Source: Candidatus Acidiferrales bacterium (lineage in GTDB: Bacteria; Patescibacteriota; Microgenomatia; Levybacterales; UBA12049). Taken from it: a stretch of 64,000 nt of DNA. Below, piece after piece: positions 57,160-64,000 of the stretch. The position numbers and the translations under genes are program-made. The stretch is from the NCBI GenBank assembly GCA_035533875.1, contig DATLSZ010000029.1:31636-95635 (forward strand). The letters are read 5' to 3'. How positions within the stretch are numbered: position 1 is the stretch's first letter; the number at the start of each line of letters is the position of its first letter. The notes under the pieces were generated by a model. The model searched no databases. It worked only from the letters and a program-made list of their open reading frames with translations, and was not told the origin of the DNA.

Positions 57160-58983
57160 TTAATAATAAATACGTATCGTACCGGAATAATTGAGCGGGC
57201 AGGTAAAATTATTACCTGTTGCGCATGAAATAGTATAGGTATGGTGTGTTGTTGTATAGGTATTTCCGTTGGAACATTGGCCTGACACTATGTATACTTC
57301 ATTATTATGTATGGCTCTGTTTTTCATGTAATCGATCGTTGCGTTCGGCAAGAGGAATTGCTGCTGCTGAGAATACGCTTCATAATTGCTCATGTAATTT
57401 TGATAATTATCTGGTGATACAGCAAGACAGATATGAGAAAGGGAATTAGGAGACTGGAGAGACTGCTGCATATAGCGTAGGGACATTGTCGGTGAGAGCT
57501 GATATTGTTTTTCTTGCTGAAGAAAATAAAACATATGCATATCCAAATACCCTGGCATACCGACATTTTTATTTGCAGGCTGTTTGGTATAAAACGTAAG
57601 TAGTTGAATTAACAGATAACAGATCATAACAGTGATAAAGAGATAGCGTAGGTTTTTATGTCTAATTGCTGAGATACAATAAGTAATGCCGATGGCGACA
57701 AAAATTGAAGCAATAGCAAACAGCGGGCTTACTCTGTGGGAGGCATTTATCCAGTCAGTTATCGCACTGGTGAAGAACGGGAGAACAATAAGTAAAAACA
57801 ACAGGATATTTAAGAAAGAATTTTTAAGAACAAAAAAAGCATACCCTATTCCCAATAGAAAGAATATTGCCAAAAACGGAGTGAAAATAGGTTTGACATC
57901 AGGATAGAAAAAGGTTGTGGGTTCATAAATATATACCATTATTGATCGTATATAGTTATTTTTTAATGTTGATATATTTTGTGCAGTAATAGGTGAGCTT
58001 TCTTGCATTTGATTCTCAAATACAAATCTGCTGCTGTGAAAGAAATCCTGCGTGCCGGTAAAAAGCAACCTTGGCCCAAATCCTACAAAGAAGAATATCA
58101 GCAAAACAGCAAGCTTGCCAAAACGGAGAGCACGTTTTTCTTCAAGCGCAAATTTTTTTACAATCATCTCCCGGAACTCAAGAAAGAAAAGGATAAGGAG
58201 GATGAGACAGGCAAATACTCTAATTGCTGCATGAAACCCGGAAGCAAACCCGAGCACAGTGCCAAAGAATGCATAATCAACAAAACGATGCCGTTTTAAC
58301 AGGATAAATAATACGAGAAGAATTACTGGTACCCAAAAGAGGTTAAATGCAACAACGACCTGGGTATGCGCAAAATACATATGCAATGGGAGTGTGGCAA
58401 GAACCAAGGCACTCCAAAATGCAGTCGATCTATTGAGAACAAGCCGTATTAAGAAGTACAACAAGATAACATCTGCGGTTGATAACAGTGCGGCGGGAAA
58501 TCTGTACGCTAAGGTGCTATTGCCAAAAAGATAATAGAAGGGTATCGTAAGTGTTGGAATGATCAGCCCATGGGCATCATAGCTGCCGTATCCGAAAATG
58601 TTCCCCAGGACACCGGAGGCAATTTTCATAGCATAAAGCCCCCCGTCCCGTAACTCATCAGCGATACTAACATATGGATAAATTGAGAGAAACAGAAAAT
58701 TTGCCAGGACCGAGATCAGTACGATAATGATGAGAGGGTTAATTTCTTTCTCTGTAACTATTTTTTTTAAAGGTATTTTTGATACATTCTGTAAGATATA
58801 GAGAAAGAGTACGGCTAACAGTGAAATAATATGCAGTCCAAAAGAGAGCCAGCGGAAGTAAAAGTATGGATCGCTGCTGACTATTCTGAGTGAATATAAA
58901 TAGGTTATAATGCTAACAATAACAACAATCCATGGGAAGTTTTTTGATTGTATTAGTTTGGTAAAGTTCATGGTAAAGAACAC
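57160..58983 (-). CDS. GT-C (ArnT/PMT-like) glycosyltransferase
   Basis: DE motif after the N-terminal TMs, YRFPAAL, many TMs. Confidence 0.75.
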   Translation of the reverse strand: MFFTMNFTKLIQSKNFPWIVVIVSIITYLYSLRIVSSDPYFYFRWLSFGLHIISLLAVLFLYILQNVSKIPLKKIVTEKEINPLIIIVLISVLANFLFLSIYPYVSIADELRDGGLYAMKIASGVLGNIFGYGSYDAHGLIIPTLTIPFYYLFGNSTLAYRFPAALLSTADVILLYFLIRLVLNRSTAFWSALVLATLPLHMYFAHTQVVVAFNLFWVPVILLVLFILLKRHRFVDYAFFGTVLGFASGFHAAIRVFACLILLILFFLEFREMIVKKFALEEKRALRFGKLAVLLIFFFVGFGPRLLFTGTQDFFHSSRFVFENQMQESSPITAQNISTLKNNYIRSIMVYIYEPTTFFYPDVKPIFTPFLAIFFLLGIGYAFFVLKNSFLNILLFLLIVLPFFTSAITDWINASHRVSPLFAIASIFVAIGITYCISAIRHKNLRYLFITVMICYLLIQLLTFYTKQPANKNVGMPGYLDMHMFYFLQQEKQYQLSPTMSLRYMQQSLQSPNSLSHICLAVSPDNYQNYMSNYEAYSQQQQFLLPNATIDYMKNRAIHNNEVYIVSGQCSNGNTYTTTHHTYTISCATGNNFTCPLNYSGTIRIYY

Positions 58984-59012
58984 TTAGTATAATAATAACA
59001 TTATCAGTTGAT

Positions 59013-60155
59013 ATGAATACATATAGAAAAAAACAGCGGGTTCTTTTGGTGACTGACTTTTTTTATCCACATTGGACAGGGATCGCAAAATCGGTTTTCT
59101 CCTTAACCAAAGCATTGCAGGATGTATTTGCTATCACGGTTCTTACCGTCCGTTTTGATAAAAATTTGAAACAAAAAGAAAAAGTTGACGATATTTCGAT
59201 AATACGGAGTGATTATCTTTTGACGGTCAGCCGGTCCAAATATTCATTTATGATTATTGTGGATTTTCTCCGACTTGTCGGGAAGACTGATTGTGTTCTG
59301 ATTAATTCACCATCAGCAAATATTGTTGTCTTTTCGATTTTAACAAAAATCTTTGGCAAACGGCTTATTATATTTCATCAGGGAGACTTGATCCTCCCTC
59401 ATGGATTTCACAACAGGATCATTGAAAAGATATTTGATTTCTCTTGTTATGTTTCTTTTTCTCTTGCCGACAAAGTAGCTACGTATACATCCGATTATGC
59501 CAAACACTCCCGTGTGATCAAGCCGTTTCTTACTAAATTTACACCAGTACTTTTGCCTATCAGTATTGAGAAAAAAGAACAACGAATCCTGCCGGTGATT
59601 GAAAAATTTACGCGGCAAAATAAAATTGTTTTCGGATTCGCCGGAAGATTTGTCGAGGAAAAAGGATTTGATATCTTATTCCGTGCGATTCCTCTTGTGA
59701 TGGAACAACTGCCAAATGCGCATTTTGTTATTGCAGGACAGGAAATGCAATACGAAGATTTTTTCGGAAAGAATAAAGCACTGTTTGAAAGTGTAAAAAA
59801 TCATCTCACATTTCTTGGCCTCTTAAACGGAAAGGAGCTGCAGCAGTTTTATTCTGGTATTGATTGTATTGTTGTTCCTTCAAGATCTGATTGTTTCAAT
59901 CTTGTCCAGGCAGAAGCAATGCTGTGCGGAACGCCGGCAATAGTTTCGGACATCCCGGGACTCCGGTATCTGGTGAAAGAATCAGGCTTTGGCATGACAT
60001 TCAAATCCGAATCTTCTGAATCTCTGGCAGAAGCGATAGTGGCATGCAGCAACAAGAAGCAATCGATCATGAAAAATGAAAAGAAATTGCGAGAATTGTT
60101 GGATAACGAACAAATTATTTTGCACGCTAAAAAGTTTATTGCTTTCCCGAAATAA
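59013..60155 (+). CDS. GT4 glycosyltransferase
   Basis: FAGRFVEEKG and PSRSDCFNLVQAEAMLCGTPAIVSD motifs. Confidence 0.92.
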   Translation: MNTYRKKQRVLLVTDFFYPHWTGIAKSVFSLTKALQDVFAITVLTVRFDKNLKQKEKVDDISIIRSDYLLTVSRSKYSFMIIVDFLRLVGKTDCVLINSPSANIVVFSILTKIFGKRLIIFHQGDLILPHGFHNRIIEKIFDFSCYVSFSLADKVATYTSDYAKHSRVIKPFLTKFTPVLLPISIEKKEQRILPVIEKFTRQNKIVFGFAGRFVEEKGFDILFRAIPLVMEQLPNAHFVIAGQEMQYEDFFGKNKALFESVKNHLTFLGLLNGKELQQFYSGIDCIVVPSRSDCFNLVQAEAMLCGTPAIVSDIPGLRYLVKESGFGMTFKSESSESLAEAIVACSNKKQSIMKNEKKLRELLDNEQIILHAKKFIAFPK

Positions 60156-61677
60156 TATATGCGATATTCCAGCCGTTATTGATGAGCATATGCGATTTTT
60201 GCTTTTTCATACACAGGTTTGTAGAATGTAATTGCTGCTGGTCATTTGGATCACTGATAAGCAAGATTTGTTTTCCATGCTCGGGAGTTTGACAAAGCAA
60301 TTGCTGTGCTTGCCCGACTGTTTGGAAAAAGAATTCAAACGGATGATCTTTTTGTTGAAGGATTGGAATTCCTGCGACTTCGGGCTGCGCATACTGTCCC
60401 CATCCTGCGCCGACGATAAGGACTTTTGTACTTGCAGGATACGTGTCAATTGTCCGGGCAATGTTTTTTGCAAACGGTGTGTTGCCATTGGGAAGTGTTT
60501 TAGGATAGATAATAAAATAATTGTAGAAATTGAGCAGCAAAATAATAGAAAGAATTCCGCCATAAAGACAATAACGTATTATTTTTTTTACTCCCTGTTT
60601 TTGTATTTTTGATGCAGTTTTTTCTCCGAGGAGAAAGATACTATATGCAATACTCATATATATAAAAGGAATAACCCCAATCATCCGGCTGATATTTGGC
60701 TGTACGAAATAATTATGAATATCCAAAAAAGAAGGAACTTGGACAAAAAAGAACGGTAGAATAAAATACAGAAGAAATATTTTTTGTTTCTTTTTTATAC
60801 TACGGTAGAGAATGAGTAAAAATCCGATATCAAAAAGAATGCCGCTGAGGGTATCAAGGTGGGGATGGCCGGGGATATTCATCCTGAATGTTTCATCACC
60901 TTTTATATTAAAGGAAAGAATATTGGCAACGATGTTGTGGACAATCGCCATGATTGCCTGAAGAAGCGGTGTATGGACTGCGAGTTTTTCTCCGAAGTAT
61001 GACCCGTGTGAAAAGAAACTGACCGGATTATAGATAAATGAATAGACAAGCGGTATTGTGAGGACAAGCCCGATAAGAAGCGTGCGTATATTTCGCCAAT
61101 AAGTAAAGATCATTCCCCAAATACTTGCCTGCGTATACATGCCAATCCCCAACAAAATACCTGCGATCGTATTTCTTTTTTTCAGCGTATAAATAAGCGT
61201 AAGACTGATAAAGAGCGGCACCAGTATCCTCGCGTGCGGTTGCCTTGCAAAGTCGATTGTCCAGAACGATATGGCACTGATTGTCGTTGCCAAAAGCGCG
61301 ATCGTTTTGTTATGGAAAAATTCCTTAGTGAGAAAATACATTGACAGGACAAAAAAGAATCCGATGAATACGGCAGTGAGTTTTAAGCTATAGAAAGATA
61401 AGGGAACAAAATTGGTCAGAAAGACTGCTAAATAGGTGAAGACAGGACCGTCGCCACCGTATTCATAATCAAAGAACAGATGTCCGTGAAGCACTTTTTG
61501 CACGAGTCCATAATGAAAGATCGCGTCTCCCCAAATCGCACCGGGAATGGTGTCAAGCTGATAGAGCGCCAAAAAAAGATATATAAGAAGGATTGCGATG
61601 AGACTTAGATATGTACGGTTTTTCAATGTGCCGCTCAAACGGTTGACGTTACTCATTTTGTGGAGTGAGTGTTTCAT
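60136..61677 (-). CDS. GT-C (ArnT/PMT-like) glycosyltransferase
   Basis: L...PG.IWGDA, multi-TM, P...RM motif. Confidence 0.75.
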   Translation of the reverse strand: MKHSLHKMSNVNRLSGTLKNRTYLSLIAILLIYLFLALYQLDTIPGAIWGDAIFHYGLVQKVLHGHLFFDYEYGGDGPVFTYLAVFLTNFVPLSFYSLKLTAVFIGFFFVLSMYFLTKEFFHNKTIALLATTISAISFWTIDFARQPHARILVPLFISLTLIYTLKKRNTIAGILLGIGMYTQASIWGMIFTYWRNIRTLLIGLVLTIPLVYSFIYNPVSFFSHGSYFGEKLAVHTPLLQAIMAIVHNIVANILSFNIKGDETFRMNIPGHPHLDTLSGILFDIGFLLILYRSIKKKQKIFLLYFILPFFFVQVPSFLDIHNYFVQPNISRMIGVIPFIYMSIAYSIFLLGEKTASKIQKQGVKKIIRYCLYGGILSIILLLNFYNYFIIYPKTLPNGNTPFAKNIARTIDTYPASTKVLIVGAGWGQYAQPEVAGIPILQQKDHPFEFFFQTVGQAQQLLCQTPEHGKQILLISDPNDQQQLHSTNLCMKKQKSHMLINNGWNIAYIISGKQ

Positions 61678-63342
61678 TTATTTGCTTTCATTTTTGAATA
61701 TGATGACTTTTGGATGGTCATAGACAGTGAATGCTTCCTCAGCGGCGTCATCTGAAGTAGTAAGCGGAATTCCCATATAGGTAAGTGACGGATAGGAAGT
61801 AAATACTGCGACTTCTTTATACTGTGTTTTTCCTGCCAATAAATCATGATAGAACTTCATCATTTTCGGATAGCGTTCAGGAACGGTTGGGATACTGCCA
61901 TACCCGCGATTGGACGAAAGGATGAGATAGTTTCCTTTTTTCAACAGTGCATTCATGGTATTCCATTTTTGAGTAGTATCCGGATCAAAAACAGGAAGCT
62001 GTTTGGGGATATAGTTTCTGCTGGACATATCGAAGATCGGAAGCGGGAGGCCGTCATCCCAGCTTTCAGTCAGCAGAATACTATTTGCCGGGATGTGCTG
62101 ATAGATCCATTCTGATGCGCTGACGCGGGTGACAGGTTTGGTATACAATGAAAAAAATAGCATCGGCCAGATGATGGTAAACAAAAGAAGCAGAGCTTGT
62201 ATGAATGTTGGGATCCGTTTGGGAAAATAAGCAAAGCCGATGCCGGCAAAAAGAGCGAGGAACGGGTAAATGAAAATAAAGTACCGCATTGTTTGGACAG
62301 TCTGCATGCCCTGATAGATAAAAAATAATACCACCCAGGCCAATATGATGTACAGATCGGCATTTCGGATTTTTTTGAAAATAATGGAGATTCCTAGAAG
62401 TATGCAGAGCATATAGCCGATACCGACACCGAACAGTGTAAGATTTTTCCAAGCAAAAAGGATTGGTGTCTTATGGATCCACTGGACGCTAGGCGGGTAC
62501 CAGGCCTGCGGACTACTCCAATATGAGAGCTCTTTGAGATTTTGTAAAAATAACTTGCTCGGGCTAGGGTCAAGAAAATTGTTTGATTGGAAGAGGTATG
62601 GATCGGCAATCCGTCCGACAATATAGGTGACGATGCCGAAAAGCAGCATATTACCAAAAAGCGGCACGAGGTCACTTCTTGCGATTTTCTTTTTTTCCGT
62701 ATATGCGTTGACGAAAAAATATAAAAGAAGTGGCGCAAGAAAGATAGCTGTTGCTTTTGATGCAATACCGAGCCCCAAAAAAATCCCGCCGAAAATGATC
62801 CATTTGCTTTGTCTTGTAAAGGAAAAACGGAGCGAGAAATAAAAAGTAAGATAAACGAAGGCACTCATGAAGGTATCAACAGTAAAAAAATGTGAAAGCT
62901 GGATAGGTAAGACGGAAATTGCATAAAAAAATGCTGCCCAGTATTTGACCTTTTTGTTGAGTTTGTATCGCCTCTCAAAAAGCTCGCATGTTTTGAATAC
63001 AATTGCTACTATCAGAAGATCCACAAAACCTGAGAGCATTCTTCCAAGCAGTGTGAAGTTGTTATACGTGTCATTGCCGGTTGCGATTGCAAGAAGCTTG
63101 TTCGCGATAACCGGAAATGTTCCGTAGACATAAAAGGAATGGCCGATATTTGCCGGATTCATCGGTGAGTTTTGCGGAGAAAGATAATTGATAATGGAAT
63201 GAGGAATTTTCATATCTGTCCCGACCATGGTGAGGAACCGTTCATCAGGATGCAGATGTTGGTTTGCGTCCCAGTTAAGGTCATAAAATCTGAGGAATGC
63301 ACCGAGGAGGATTATCGCAAGCAGCAACAATTTTTTCTTCAT
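61678..63342 (-). CDS. GT-C (GT39-like) glycosyltransferase
   Basis: LRFYDLNWD..HLHPDER, YGTFP, IQLSHFFTVD and EAFTVYDHPKV motifs. Confidence 0.85.
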   Translation of the reverse strand: MKKKLLLLAIILLGAFLRFYDLNWDANQHLHPDERFLTMVGTDMKIPHSIINYLSPQNSPMNPANIGHSFYVYGTFPVIANKLLAIATGNDTYNNFTLLGRMLSGFVDLLIVAIVFKTCELFERRYKLNKKVKYWAAFFYAISVLPIQLSHFFTVDTFMSAFVYLTFYFSLRFSFTRQSKWIIFGGIFLGLGIASKATAIFLAPLLLYFFVNAYTEKKKIARSDLVPLFGNMLLFGIVTYIVGRIADPYLFQSNNFLDPSPSKLFLQNLKELSYWSSPQAWYPPSVQWIHKTPILFAWKNLTLFGVGIGYMLCILLGISIIFKKIRNADLYIILAWVVLFFIYQGMQTVQTMRYFIFIYPFLALFAGIGFAYFPKRIPTFIQALLLLFTIIWPMLFFSLYTKPVTRVSASEWIYQHIPANSILLTESWDDGLPLPIFDMSSRNYIPKQLPVFDPDTTQKWNTMNALLKKGNYLILSSNRGYGSIPTVPERYPKMMKFYHDLLAGKTQYKEVAVFTSYPSLTYMGIPLTTSDDAAEEAFTVYDHPKVIIFKNESK

Positions 63343-63442
63343 TCCTCTATTGTATAACACATTTCTATGATTTTGTTATTAAAATGATCAGTTGTGTTTA
63401 TTAAGCATACGTATGAGTTCTGAAAGATTTGCGTAAATTTCA

Positions 63443-63769
63443 TTGATTTATGAATCGGTAAATATTAGTATCCAAGATATGGAAAGTGGACAAATTTTTG
63501 GGCGGCTTGTACCAAACGGAGATCGACCTTTATCTGCAATTGCACGGAGAATTGAAGAGTCACATGGTATCCGTGACAAAAAGGAAAGGAGACCGCCAAC
63601 TACAAAGGTTCATGTGAGAGGAATCCCGGCGAGATCAAGTGAAACACTAAGATTACCGGTCATGAGAGAAGTCAGAGAAGGGTATGCAATAGTTGAAGGA
63701 GGTCTCTCTCAACTGCTTTCAGTAGTGCAATCAGTAGTTGAATCGAAAAGAGGAGCAAATCCTAAATAA
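63443..63769 (+). CDS. Hypothetical protein
   Basis: 108-aa ORF with no recognised motif; start uncertain. Confidence 0.45.
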   Translation: MIYESVNISIQDMESGQIFGRLVPNGDRPLSAIARRIEESHGIRDKKERRPPTTKVHVRGIPARSSETLRLPVMREVREGYAIVEGGLSQLLSVVQSVVESKRGANPK

Positions 63770-63920
63770 ATCTCTGTTTTTCTCATGCTGCATTTGTAAA
63801 TTTGTAACGTACATACGCAAAAAGACTAAATCGAAGATTTTTCAGTATCTACACCAAAGCTTTGCGATTCAGATAATAGTATTAAATAATTGTTATTTAA
63901 AAATAAATAACTAATAAATT

Positions 63921-63961
63921 ATATTTAATATCTTGACATTTATATTAAATATGATTATATT
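63921..63961 (+). promoter_or_regulatory. Promoter with flanking inverted repeat for the gene starting at 63971
   Basis: TTGACA (63933-38), 17 bp, TATATT; atatttaata/tattaaatat IR around the -35. Confidence 0.5.
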
Positions 63962-64000
63962 AAATTATACATGCATCAGGCAATTAATTCAGGAGATACT

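Noticed and set aside
1-64000. Numerous short antisense or overlapping ORFs in the ORF track (e.g. 2312-2659, 4290-4784, 37017-37514, 42815-43282)
   Set aside because: They are shadows of well-supported genes on the other strand or frame and show no motifs.
1-64000. CRISPR array, tRNA, rRNA, transposase or integrase
   Set aside because: No repeat-spacer periodicity, cloverleaf, rRNA motif or DDE/HUH/recombinase ORF was recognised by eye.
1-64000. Alternative genetic code (UGA=Gly)
   Set aside because: Conserved genes are full-length in code 11, and nrdR, trpR, trpE and trpCF end in TGA at the expected positions.

Overview
Bacterial chromosomal segment read in standard code 11 (TGA is used as a stop). 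Several features suggest a Patescibacteria/CPR (Microgenomates-like) genome, which is an inference: a DUF5667-type protein, a stand-alone VirB4/VirD4-like ATPase, many GT-C/TMTC glycosyltransferases, a ClpB without its N-domain, and many apparently leaderless genes. Main content: the 3' part of gap; a cmk-like kinase; an nrdR-nrdJ (class II RNR)-pduO block with two cobalamin riboswitches, the second controlling an unknown Zn-ribbon protein; and a complete trpR-trpE-trpG-trpD-trpCF-trpB-trpA-trpS operon. Also present are mutY-like, msrA, mgtA, mscS, a group II PLP decarboxylase, CIRCE-clpB, a tas-like reductase, a Zn-ribbon RNase HI, Ni-SOD sodN/sodX, a femAB-like gene, pdxST, pcrA, tpiA, an LCP gene and a glycosylation cluster. 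Best candidate for an undescribed system: the leaderless, autoregulated trpR ORF appears to double as the attenuator leader peptide. Its only Trp codons are a tandem TGG-TGG near the C-terminus, followed by mutually exclusive 1:2/2:3/3:4 pairings and a U-tract before trpE. Other highlights are ~90-bp palindromic elements inserted in-frame into three housekeeping genes and a covarying structured intergenic repeat family. No rRNA, tRNA, CRISPR array or transposase was recognised. All calls were made by eye, without database searches or folding software.
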